This document shows positions 14,971-28,005 of a stretch of 64,000 bases of DNA, one piece after another (positions within the stretch are counted from its first letter, which is position 1; each line of letters starts with the position of its first letter). Origin of the DNA: Tubiluchus corallicola (taxonomy: Eukaryota; Animalia; Priapulida); the NCBI GenBank assembly GCA_030141605.1, contig JAQGDQ010000254.1, positions 124,001-188,000 on the forward strand, read 5' to 3'. The notes below the pieces were generated by a model. The model did no database searches. It had not been told where the DNA came from and saw only the letters and a program-made list of their open reading frames with translations. Made by a program: the position numbers and the translations under genes.

Positions 14971-15236
14971 AAACATATGACTTATGATAAAAAAGACCAC
15001 AAAAATCTGAAAGCCATAACCAGATGGTAAATCCATTTTGTGCTAGCGCCCATGTTGTTTTCGCCAGAAAACGTTTCGTAAGAGTTTGACGAGTTAGGAG
15101 CAAAAAAACACAAAGTGTGTTGTTAAAACTTTCTAAATATTATGCCATGAAAACTTCATTAATCTGGTGCAACGTGTGAGAAACTGAGAATTTAGGAAAT
15201 ATGCCACGCTAGAACAGATCAGTATACAATAGGTAA

Positions 15237-15604
15237 TAAGCCTTTTTCACAGCGATTGATGATGAGCGTGAATAGGTCAAAGGTTAAGTGTAGCAGACAA
15301 CCCATTTGTGTACACTTAACAATGTCTCGCAGCCCAAGCTATTGTAATACTAAGAATTTTATTTCTTATTTCTCTTTTTTGTTCGCAAGCAAGATCCTGC
15401 TAGTAAATCACTGTACGCAAAGACTAATGCATGATTAAGAAAAGTCCACGCAAAACAACTGAAGTTACTGAACTGATGCGGCAGACGGTTTTGCAGTACC
15501 CATGTGACACGTGTCGGTTTTTGTTAAGACGCGTTGCTGTGATACACTTAACCTTTGACCTACAGCAACTGCGGGTGCGCACGACGAAACTGTGAAAAGG
15601 CTTA
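15237..15604 (+). mobile_element. MITE family A, copy 1 (non-autonomous TIR DNA transposon)
   Basis: TIRs TAAGCCTTTTTCACAG ... CTGTGAAAAGGCTTA. Sub-terminal inverted repeat GGTCAAAGGTTAAGTGTA / TACACTTAACCTTTGACC. Colinear with 49024-49406 in reverse orientation. Confidence 0.88.
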
Positions 15605-16511
15605 GTGTACTTGCAAACAAAAAACAATGACCAGTTAGTAATAATTTTTTGTTGATCTTACAGCATGTCTGTTAAAGTCTTTATTATTAGATTCAGTGTC
15701 AACTTTAAAAGAACGCAAAGTAAATAAATACTTTTATGAGACCTGCATTTTCATTTTTCGGAGAGGAGTATACATCTGACTGGTAACTTGACAACGTAGT
15801 TAAGCAGCACAGGGCTAGTGAGTAGGTTGGTGCTGCTAAGTGGTTTCATCTCACATACTACCTTCGGTTACTTTGTTCTTTCAGGAGATACATTATACGC
15901 GTCTGGTCATGGCTAAGGCACCACGGGTGGTTCAGTGTCTTATCTCAAATGAACTGGTTATTTTTACGGTTGCGCCGCGATTTTTAAACACAATTTCTTG
16001 TTCGTGGATCCGCCACAAAATCTCATTCATGAATCCGCCACATGCTCTTATCGACTCTTCTTTAATTTCCGTTAATTACACGTGCTGTCACCCTGCGACC
16101 TTTTCCAACAGTCTACCAAAATTGGTTTTGCTTTGACGTTTCTTGAGCAATGGTGAATGGTAATTAATTTACCATTTGTGATTTGGCTTTTCTGACCTTC
16201 TGGCCACAGCAGCGACACACTTTCTAGGACAATATCCTGAAATTTAAAAGACATTGAAGGATTACGCTCGAGTTCAACAAACTGTGTTTTTTAAATAAAA
16301 AAATAAAAATAGTTGAGTTAACTGTACGTTAACTCTGGCGCTAATTCACGAGAAAAATTATGAACGTGTGTCTACATTTGACCTTCGCAGCACCTATAGG
16401 CAACTAATGGAATGCTGATGAGGCCTAATAGTTTAATAATTTTTATGTTCTTTGTCAAAATTTCATCAGCTCAAAAATGTAGTTATTGTGTTATTTACTG
16501 TGTTAATTTGT

Positions 16512-16660
16512 ACCACTATTACTACCACTACCACCACCACAACCACAACCACCACCACCACCAAAACCACCACCACCACCACCATCACCACCACCACCAC
16601 CATCAACACCACCACCACCAACCACCAACACCACTACTACTACTACTACTATTACTACTT
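16512..16660. repeat. (CAC)n-(CTA)n compound repeat
   Basis: Directly visible. Confidence 0.95.
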
Positions 16661-17519
16661 CAACAAAATCGATCTGAAAGAAAAAACTCTTGACTGTTTT
16701 CATTGACATCATCTATTGTTTTTGTAAGGCATTGTCTACATTTCTAAGACTGCAGTGCTCAACTCTCTCATGCATCAAGTAATGACTGGCAATTTTGCCA
16801 AATAATTTAGCACTCTGCCTCTGCCTGATATTACGTGATTGAAACACTTCCACCTAAATTTAATCCAATTTAATTTCAAGGCTTAGTTTCAAGATTATTG
16901 ATTAGTCATGGGTTGGTTAACCAACGTTACGAACCTTTTACTAAAATCTTATGCATTTTATCCAGCTGTTACGAGACCTGAAAGGTCTGGGAAAGGCGGA
17001 AAGGTCGTGTGTTTTTATAAAATTCTCCCTGTACAGCGGTAAGTAGTTTTTACTGTTGTAGTTGTTGTCGTCCTCGTTATCTTCGCCATCGCTACTTCCA
17101 TTTTCGTTATCGTTGTTCCGACTATTGCTACTGCTGTTGCTGCCGCAGCTTTTCTTGTTGGCGTTGCTGTTGCTACTTTAGATCGTTAGCAAACTGCAGA
17201 TTGGATAGGAGAGAGACAGTTCAGAACTGACAGGTATATTTCAACGTTCACCCATTCTCTAAGCTTAATTAATCAGGCGTGTGATTACAGTAATCTTACT
17301 ACCTTTAGCCATAAATAAATTAGCGCAAGGATAGGTCAACCTTCTTTACAATGTATAGAAACTAGAATGAAAGGAGATCGCTGAACTATTTCTGACCATC
17401 AAGGGGTGGTGACCACATCAGGCCTGTTGGTGCTGTAGAGTTTAAAAGGCTCACCATAAACAGGGCCAATTAGTTGTGGGCGGTCTGCATCCAGCGAAAA
17501 GCTGGCATAATGTTGTTGG

Positions 17520-17743
<224 letters not shown>

Positions 17744-20700
17744 GCTACCGCATATAACAAAATTAATGGTAATTTTTGTCAGTTCAGCGTGAAAGCTAAC
17801 TTCCGTTACGCTGATGTTGTACAATGTACATGATGACAGGTGTGGTCGGCAATGACTCGACGTGTTTGAATTATCGCTCTTAATAAAGGTGTTATTTTAC
17901 AATCATTACGTGTACCTGGCAGGCATATTTTACGATTACCTGGGGGCTATTTTGTCAAAAGCGAGAAATGCATGGCAAATTCAGCGCAAGGTTGAAAGTG
18001 AACGTTTTAAATTTTGAACGCGATTAGCATGCATAGATAATCATATCCTTGGGGCTTTCGTAAAAAAATTTATGGTCACCTCACGTTTGTCGTTTTTATA
18101 CAGTAATTGATAAAAAGAGCACCTATTTATACAGTAATTCACTTAAATTATAATTAAGGTAAGAGTAATCAAAACTTTTATATGGTAGCGAGCTGTTGCT
18201 TAAGCTCAAGTTCTACATGGAAATATCTATTACGCTTTATCTTAATTGATAACTGAGCCTGGACGTAAATAGTATTGCAACAGCAGAAGAGAAAAAGTCG
18301 ATACTTTTGCTCGACGGCGGAAGCTTAGAAATTGCGGTAAAAAGTCATCCCATTATAGGACATTTTTCATCATTATTTTATTTGAATCCGCAATTGTTCA
18401 CTGCACATTAAACCAATCTAATTCGAAAGACGTTGGTCCAGGTAAGAAAGCCATATGTAATAGCGCCCCGACTAATTAGATAAAAACAATCTATATATTT
18501 GAAATTAAGATGACTGAAATGTCACGATTATTTGTTAAAGGGAAAAAGAGCATTTTAAAACACATCCCAAAGATATTTCCACTCATAGTTATATTACCCA
18601 GTATTACACTTACGTGCTTAAAAGACTTTAACGTGCCTAAAAGATGTTAACTAGAAAAGAAAATTCCTAGTAATTTAAAATTTTCGCGGCATTTGGTTAA
18701 AATGTCACTGACGCAATAAAAACGTGTTTTTAATCTTATTAACAAGATACAGTAATTTATACTTTACTGCTTAGTGAAGTGTACGCTACGAATGCTCTGA
18801 TTATATTTTCAAATTTTACGTAATGTTAACTGAACTTGTTTCAAACGACCTACCGTCAAAACGCCTAACAGTCATCGCTGGACTTTAGATTTTCAAGCAA
18901 TAAGATAGCATATAAGCGAATTTTTTAGCTTGACGTAAGTAAAGGGTTTTCTTGCGCTTTAATCAGGTTCTGAGTCTGAGATTATATGACAATATATCAT
19001 CTAACAGATTAACCAGTCTACAAACTCTGTACATTATAATACTTTTTCGTCGAAATTATTTATGAAAAGCTGGTTAACTAAAGACAAAAGCCTACTTTGC
19101 GGTTTCTCTGTAGGCCTATTCCAGGTATTTGTGCTAACCTACCTAAAAAATTTTCACTTCCAAAGACCAAACATATTACCTGAACTGCCTGAGATCTATC
19201 CGAGAAGAAAAGTCTGACGTTAGGCACTGCACGAAAATGTAGTATTATACAGATGTTTTAAATACGTAAAGTATTGTTCAGTGAATTGAACTAGAAAACC
19301 GAAAAATTTTATTCTCTAACGATCTCATTAAGCTTATGATGCATAAATCTGCGGTTCTGGCAAGAGGCTTTGACTATTACAGATTGGTAGCTACCACAGA
19401 TTACAAATTTTAGAGGCGTCTACCAATGCGCACAACAAAGTCAAATTTTGCCAGAACGTAGCAGAACATTACAAGTTAATTTATACAAGAATGAGTGATA
19501 TAAATAATTCCACATATTTTTTACCTAAAATTTTATTATCCACTCGAGTTTCAACTCACCATGCTACTACATGTTAGGCGATTAAGTTTATAAAAACTTT
19601 ATTAGTACTACTGTTTTACCTAAGTAACATTACTAAAAAAATAGACATTTAATAAGCCAGTTTATTAGTTGTATGTGCTGTTTGTTCGTTGCTTCTTTGC
19701 CGAAGAGGAGTCTTATATCATCAAGCATTTACAAACGAGAAGAGCTCAGCCTGAAAGAGAATGATGAAATAGACGATGAAATAGATCAGTTATCGCAAGA
19801 AAGGTTAGTGTGATGTCATACTAAAGCGTAATCCAGAAAGGAAACATTTCTCTGAATTCTCACCTTTTCCACTTGATCGAGGCTTTTGCAAAAGACAACT
19901 AATCATCATGTACCGAGATTTCTTCCCTTTCCCAAGATTTATACATTTCCCTCCATGACCCAGCTAAGGGCAATGAACAAAATACATTTTATTCTGCACG
20001 GCATTCCGGCAATGAAAAAAACGACAATTTTTGGAGGGTTTTCATTCGTCGCTGCTAGAACGCTGTGCGACAAAAAACGTTATCTGGTCCTAGCGACGTT
20101 TTTGTGTGTCTCGGAGCGAAATTTATAGCTCTCTGGAAAAAGGAGAAACCGGGTTTTCCGAAGCTATGGGCCTCTTTTACATATCCCTCTATCAGTATGT
20201 AGGCATGAGGGTTAATTTCAGGGAACGCGTTTTCTAAGGACCCTGTAGGCCGATGAAATATCACTAAAAATAAAGGCTAGTGCTTTGAATTTTAGAAACA
20301 AAGCCAATCTATAAGCAACAGTGTTAAATCAAAACCACATGTGATGCAGTTTAAAGTATTCAGTGATATAGGCGGTGTAACCCAGGCCTTTTTTACCTGT
20401 GTAATACCTGTGTGACTTCATACTACATGGTTACAGTCCAGTGATGCTAAAGCAACAGACGACAGCTTTAAAAATGCCATGAACCTACTGCTTCTGCTAT
20501 TATTATTATTATACTCCTAAAAGAATTTGACAGTTTGAAATATGAAAAGACGCTTTATTGGCCGTCATTACGGGTCTTTCGACCGAAAATAATGTTGCGC
20601 GGCTTACTCGTTTCCGGGAGTGGAAAACTGTGAGAAAATGGGAACGGCAAAAGATTCAAAGGCAGTGCGGTATTTTAATTTAATTGCTGTCATCATTCCC

Positions 20701-20789
20701 CTTTGCCGTTTCAATCATCAGAGTCATATATAAACAAACAAGATATTACACAATTACACTCATAAAGAAAACAAAAGCTGAAAAAGAAG

Positions 20790-21162
20790 CATCACTGTCA
20801 TCATCACCATCATCGCCATTATCATCAACAGCAGCAGCACCAGCAACAGGCCAGCATCATCATCATTTTCTCCATCACTATCATCATCAGTAATAGCAAC
20901 TGCAGCAGCAGGCTATCATCATTGCCTCATTACCACCACCACCACCACCACCAACACCACCACCAACACCACAACCACAACCACCACCACCACCACCACC
21001 ACAATCACCAACACCACCAACACCACCACCACAATCACCAACACCACCACCACCACCATCGTCATCACCATCATCATCATCATCATCATCATCATCTTCT
21101 TCTTCTTCTTCTTCTTCTTCTTCTTCTTCTTCTTCTTCTTTTTCTTCCTCTTCATCATCATT
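20790..21162. repeat. (CAT/CAG)-(CAC)n-(CAT)n-(CTT)n compound repeat
   Basis: Directly visible. Confidence 0.95.
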
Positions 21163-23124
21163 ATTGATTACCACACACAACTATATGAACCTGTGTTTTT
21201 CTACCTTGAGTTTAATTACGCAACTTGGTCTCCATATACACGTCTTTATCTAACCTTTTCACTTTATTCTTTCCATATTTTTCATCTTTTTACAGTCTTA
21301 TTCTGCTTAATTGCTTCCGCCGCGTAAGTACTGTAAATTATTCTGCTTTGCATTAAGTAATATTGCAGAAAGAAAGTGAACAGTGACTCTGAACATGAAC
21401 TTTCTCTGCAACTACATGATGAGTTTGTAAAACATTTTGTATATTTTTTTATTTACCGGGTAATACTAGAACCTTGACGAATACTGTTCTACCAGATTAA
21501 ACGAAGCTTCGAAACAGAACAAACATAAACTTTGCGCGCTATTTCGCCTTACTTACAAGGCCAATTTTACACGTGTCAGACTTGGGTTAGTCTAAACTTT
21601 TTAAGAACGATTTAACATATCTGCTCGCGCTAAGTGATGGAGCTAAATTTTCAGAAAATAGGCGCCACTTCTAAAGTTACGCGTTCAAAATTTAGGATGT
21701 TTGTCTGCTTGTTACGAGGTTTATTTTGTAGTAGAATTAGAGCGTTTTTAATTGCGTTCTGGAAGATTCCCTAGTTCGTGCATTCTTCCTGCCTTTGTGA
21801 CATTGTACAACCGATTTAACTAAATAATAAAGTTCTATCGTATTGTTGTAATGCTTTATCGATTTTATAATTGTTATAATCACCTAAAAGTGTTAGTCAG
21901 GTTGTAAATTAACCCTGGTCTACAATACACTAAAAATTTGATTACTTATAATGCGAGTTGGCTTGTCTGGAACAATTAGTTTCAATAATAAAAACCAAGG
22001 ATTTTGAACACTTTGGCCTACTTAACGGATCTAAATTAGAAAATTAGTGCTTAGCTGAAAATTCGTCCCGATCTGGTGAGGCTAAACTATGCACCAAAAG
22101 CTGTTTGTTTTGGATCTACGCTATCATAAAACTGCATAAGTATAATAGTATAAGGAAGCTATCACTTGACTATTATACTAAATGTGTACTCGTGACATGA
22201 TGGTATAAACAAATCCTTGATAATGACGTGTTCTATGAATTTACTTAATATGATGACTAAGCATAGCGCTTATTTCTTGAGTACCATGCCATAAACACGT
22301 AGGCATACATACATACATACCATATCTTTCCCGCGTTTTACAGAGTGATACAAGGGTAAAGTAAAGGTTAAAGCCTACTTTAGTTAGCAATAATAGTTAC
22401 GAAAATGTGCATATATAAGATCTGTTGGCATTTTTACATTTAATAACGCCACGAAAGGCTATTACGTTAATCATATTCCTTAAATGGTTTTAAAATTACA
22501 TTGATGGAGTCATTATTTTTTGTAGACTGTATGAGTCCTAGAATGGTTCTGCATGCAAACCTTCTTCAACAGATTTACTTCACGTTAAGCGTATCATAAT
22601 TTTTGTTTAACTGTTTAGGGTGTAACTGCGCAACTCAATAAACATTTGGATGTTTTAGCCTATACGGCACAACAGATCTTAAAATATAGCTGCTATATGT
22701 ATTTCTACAAAATTGCAAAGTCGTTGCACCCTTGATAAAACTAGACGATAAGCAATTTGACTCGAGTCTCAAAGAACAACAAACTGGTAGTGGTTGCGTA
22801 ACCTGTGAAGATAAAAATGTGCTAATTATGTTACTTGCTTAGATATCACTAATCCCTAAATGAACCAAGTTAATCTACTATCATCATCGTAAGCAACAGC
22901 AGCAGTGTCGTCATCGGCGTCATTATCATCGTCATCATCATCATTAGTCATCAGGCTAACAGACTAATATTAGAACACTGTTTTAAAAAGCTTGATATTG
23001 AACTTAAAAGGTTTAACTTCTCCTAACAATAAAAAAGTACTACATTGGCAATACCGCAGTTTAGTCACTACGCCACTTTAGGTAAAAACATAAGATAATT
23101 TTATCCCACATAAAATTCTTCAAG

Positions 23125-23150
<26 letters not shown>

Positions 23151-23155
<5 letters not shown>

Positions 23156-23560
23156 GAATATGTTCGCACAAACTAATTCTTTATGTCCTGATTTTCTAAA
23201 TATGCCTAGTGAAGATCAATTTATTTTTATAATAGGAACCACTGATGTCGATATTTTAAATATAGTGTGTAGCTATGCAAAATATTGGTTTACGAATAGA
23301 TTAGGAATTTAATTGTTGATGTCTAAAGATGACTGCAGCACCAAATATCTAAATTCTGTGTTAATATTATTTTTATTTGTATGGGTATTATACGTCAACA
23401 TGTGATGTCATCCTATGTTTGTAAAAGTGTAAATATTTTTGTTTTTTAATAAATGCTTTAAAAGTACTTTTGTGTGCGTGTGTGTATGAAAGTGACTGTA
23501 AACAATTTGTGGTAATTTTCGTATATGTATTCTGTTACCCAATAAATATATCAAATATAA
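23151..23560 (+). mobile_element. Second LINE 3' remnant (different family, RTE-X-like by inference)
   Basis: After (TA)n, frame 23151-23312 reads RQNMFAQTNSLCPDFLNMPSEDQFIFIIGTTDVDILNIVCSYAKYWFTNRLGI*. This resembles the post-zinc-knuckle tail of LINE ORF2 (R..lF.....P.F..l....kF.fi......ia.y....F..R). A T-rich UTR with AATAAA follows at 23449 and 23541. Confidence 0.55.
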
Positions 23561-24169
23561 GCAAATACTACACACCATATACAAAAAACATTTTACTTTA
23601 ATCTGTATTTTTCGTTATTCCATTAAGTTTTTGCAGAAACCAAAAATGCCAACAAGAGAACGTAATTATGGCGTGAATTCGAGCAGAGGCGAGACGCACA
23701 AATAAAAGTGAGAAACCAAATCAATCAAAAAGCGTTTAAAGTGAAAGTTAAAGCTGATAAAAACGCGGCGGATGAGGGGAAAGCAAACAAAAGTAACCTG
23801 TGCTACTGCCCTATAAGACATCACACAACATGATAGACAGGTTCACAAGTCGAGCAGTAGGATTTCTCAATACTCGTTTTTCGTGTTTTTATTTAACACC
23901 GGATTGTACGCCAATTTACACGGCTGCCACTCCCCGGGGCAGATCAGTCTCAGGGGTGAAATGTCACGGTCGCTAGGAGAGTGACTGATAATAATTAATA
24001 TTTAAATGTCTTAGTTTATTAAATGTTCAGTAACTAGGTGTTCATAACCTGATGCAAGTAAGGAATTACAGACCAAATATTATACCTCCTTTTTCATGTT
24101 TCGCATGAACAGAATATCTGATTCAACTGAGATAGAACGAGAACCATTTCTTAACAGAGAACTAAACTT

Positions 24170-24680
24170 ATTGTTACTCTGCCAAGATGTATACAAAATC
24201 ATAACTAAGCTCAGACCTTCCTCTTTACTGTATGATCTTGCATCTCTTAATAGAAGTGCACAATATGACTTCAGAAATTACTCAACGAAACTCGAAAAGT
24301 CTGGTTTTAATTTTATGCATTGTGAACGTAGTTTTGCATATTACTGCGCCCAAATATGGAATGAGTTGCCCAAAAATGTGAGGAGGGCCGAAACTTTCAA
24401 GGAATTCCGCAGATTATTATCTGTCTGGAACAGCAGCAAATATAAATGTGCCATTTGCAAATCCTTGTGATAAATAATAGTATACATTGTATCTAACATC
24501 GCTGTTTTTAATCTTGCATTTTTGCATTTATATAATACAGATGTGTCTGGGTGTGTCTTTCAGTTCCATCTCTAGTTCCATCACTGTTATCTCAGCAGAT
24601 TGAAAAGCTCTTAGGAGCTTGTGTTTCTAATTTATAAATGTATACAGACTTTAAATAAAGCTTTTCAATCTTATCTTTCT
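24170..24680 (+). mobile_element. 5'-truncated non-LTR retrotransposon (CR1/L2-group) 3' end
   Basis: ORF 24096-24470 ends VYKII...YDFRN...RSFAYYCAQIWNELPKNVRRAETFKEFRRLLSVWNSSKYKCAICK. This is the SFxY..WNxLP..R...F...W..CxxC tail characteristic of CR1/L2 ORF2. It is followed by a T-rich 3' UTR and AATAAA at ~24654. Confidence 0.8.
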
Positions 24681-27600
24681 AACTGGGCTGAATTATGTCA
24701 TTGTTTCTACGGTGGCTCAAACCACTAATATCATTCTCGATTTCTTCGCTCCACTTTAATACATTTTCTCATTCAGTTACCCTCCACTTTCTTGCAAGTT
24801 CTTGCGCGTTTTTAAATGGAGAGGATCCTGTTTTCGTCGACTACGATTGTTTATTATTAAATGGACATTAGCTTTAAGTTCCTTTCTTTTTTCTAGTCAA
24901 TAGATGTCATCACATTTTTCATAATAAGCAATTGCTAACTTACAGCTTTGCATATCGCCGCTTACTAAAATTATTGTTGAGCTAAAATGAGCAAGAGTGT
25001 TTTTAGGCATTTTAAAAGTTACTCATATGTAGAGTAGGGACTGTCTTTTTCGAACAGAGTATTTAAAGTAAGATTAAGTAAGATAGTAAAGTAAGATAAG
25101 AAAAAGGAATATTTGTTAGCCAATCATTTCGCATATATACTACTGCTGGTATGCAATCTAGTATATCTAACATAATTTTTGTATTAGAACTGGTATGAAA
25201 AACACGTACAATTTTTGCATCTATTTTTCAAATGCAATTAGATGTTAATAGTACACTTACACAGTAGAATGTTTACCAGTATCCATATTGATAAAATTAT
25301 GTAGGTACTTAAAACTTAAATTATACCAAAATAAATAAAAGGCTTTTGTATAGAATATTTTAAACAGGGGCACATTGGTCACCCTAGAGAGACCATTGAC
25401 CATGTTTTTAAACACTTCAGCAGTGTTAATGTAAGCGCTGCTCCATTGAATGATGCAAACCTCCTGACCGTGACACTGGTCTCCAGATTGCTGGAGTTGA
25501 TAACCTTGTTGCGTCACTCTTTTGTTTGAGGCTAATGATTGGTACTATAAGGAAGGAGGAACCAGTCCTGGTAATTAACAACTGCGTTTTTCACACCGCC
25601 TATTGGAACCAGACTAAAAGCAACCAGTTCTGGCAATTAATTGCTATTGAAAAGAGATGCCCGGCAGGCCAAGTAGACCCTCAGTGTTCTGGCAAACTTC
25701 TTACCCCACAAGTACCTTTAATTATATTGTTGCAACAACGTAATGCATCCTATTCATCCCAAACAGCCAGTTTGGCAAAATACTATATAGGCCTTGTAGT
25801 CAACTCAATTCACACTTAAAATCTTATTCAAATTCCCGTAAAAACTACATATAATACGCATAAGATATACGCATTAAAAGAAAAATTAGCCTCTAATTAC
25901 CACTTTACATATACATGTATTCGACACATACAAACTGGAATTAATACTCAACGGCAGAGATTAATATTACGTTGAATAGTTGCGGCGAAATACGAATCTA
26001 CCCTCACTGTCACTATAATAAGGCACGACCTACATTAGAAATATCACTCAAACGGAGACATTGACATAAGGAAAAAATAGCTAAATGCACGCTGAAATAT
26101 GCTGGAAAATAACAAGTATGCAAAAATAATTGATCAAATCAATGGGCGTCTCATGAAAATGGAGCGTTCCTTTGCGGAGATCATTTACTCCTGTAATTGG
26201 CATGGAAAGGAATTATTATTATTATTCTTTATTAATTATATACGTTACGTTACATATACATGTATATATTTATATATGTATATATATATACAATTTCCCT
26301 CTATGATGTGCAGGGTATATTGAAAGGAAGCAGTGACAAAATCGATCCTCGGCAAAATTTGAAGGATTGTCTCTTGTTTATAAAACAGAGTAGAAAATTC
26401 TTTTCATTAATAATTTGACTACTTAACTAACTACATTAAAACAGTAAATTCGCTCATTCATAATTCAAGATAGTGTGGAAAATAGTTAATAGAACACTGT
26501 GATGTAACTTTCAGCGCATTGAGCCCATGGGCGGTTACATGTAAGATTTTGGACTTATCTGTCTTATTCATTTGCATTTAAACGGTAAATAAGAGGGTGA
26601 AGTAGAAATGGAAATGTAAGTGTCTGAGTGGATGAGGTGAGGGAATTACTTTGATGAATCAATGTTTGCATGTTTAGCTTTTAGATCAGTAAAGTATTTT
26701 ATGCATTTTAAGTACCAATTAAGCATTGTGAAAATCATTGTGTTTACTGGCTAATTATCTATATTTTACTTCAGCTGAGCTTATTCTATCTTAACTGAGC
26801 ATTACTTACTTTAGCCGAGCATTACTGTGTGTGCATTTTGAGTGAATGTCGCTGTACTTTAACTGAATATTGCTGTAGTATAACAGGCAAATAAGCTTTA
26901 GGACTTCACAATGTCCAAAATGTCATTTTTAAATTTTATGACGTTTTAAACTCTTTTATTGTAAATACGCGTATGTTTGTTTTTTATCACTATAGAATAA
27001 TGTTTGTATGTAATTACTTTAAATCACAATAAACTATTTAATAGTTTCAAAGTTCTGAGTTTTAGGTGTCTCGTTAACTCTCAATTTTTTCAGAGCTTTC
27101 CTTCTTTTTAATATGACTGTTGCTTACATTATCCTAGTGGTGATTTATATATATATCGTGATTACTGATCGCAGAATTAAAAATCTGAAGCAGTAAGATA
27201 TTTCTTTCAGCTGTCTTACTCCATATTAATGATTATCGCAGGTCGACTTAATTATGTTCAATAAAAATGTGTTCACATGGTTAGCGAATTTTATTGCATT
27301 CTCCGTCAGCTCTATAAAACCATTTTCCTGATGCAGGGAGTGGAAACGCATGAAAATGATTTTATCTTATGCACATATAGCCTTCGCGCTTGTAAAAAAT
27401 CAATGCATTAAAGCGCTTAGGCTGAGATTTTCGCCTTCAGATTTTGTTGCGTTAATATAAAGCTCTTGGCTCGGATACGAGTCATTACTAGATGCTTGTT
27501 GAAAGTCAACTTGAAATTACGCGCCGTTTTCTCGTCTTCGTCATCATTATCATCGTCATTAACAGCAACAACAGTGTCAATAGCTGCAACAGCGTAAATG

Positions 27601-27767
27601 GCAACATCGTGCTCACCATTCGTCATATTTTCATGATCTTCTCGACAGTTACCCCCGCAACTTGAGACGCAAAGTCGTCATTTCTTCTTCCTCTTTTTCT
27701 TTACTTTTATTTTTCCTGATAATCATCTTCATTTCTTTTCTCTTTGCTCCTTCAATGTTTACCACAC

Positions 27768-28005
27768 GTAAAAATGACACAGGGAACAATGTCACAGGTA
27801 AAAACGGCACAAGAAAAATGGCACAAATGGATTTTTACCGTGCCATTTTTTCCTGTGCCATTTTTTCCCTATGACACTCTTACCTGTGGCCTTTATTACC
27901 CACTTTCCATTTGTGCCATTTTTTCCTGTGCTATTTTTCCTGTGCCATTTTTACCGTGCCATTTTTCCTGTGCCATTTTTACCTGTGCCATTTTTAGCTA
28001 CATTC
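27768..28005. mobile_element. Foldback-type MITE built from ~15-bp sub-repeats (AAAAATGGCACAGG)
   Basis: About 4 units AAAAATGGCACA on the left face about 8 units TGTGCCATTTTT on the right. The junction GGCACAAATGG is mirrored by CCATTTGTGCC. Confidence 0.8.

Noticed and set aside
27768-28005. CRISPR-like array
   Set aside because: Units are contiguous with no unique spacers, switch orientation, and lie in eukaryotic DNA with no cas genes.
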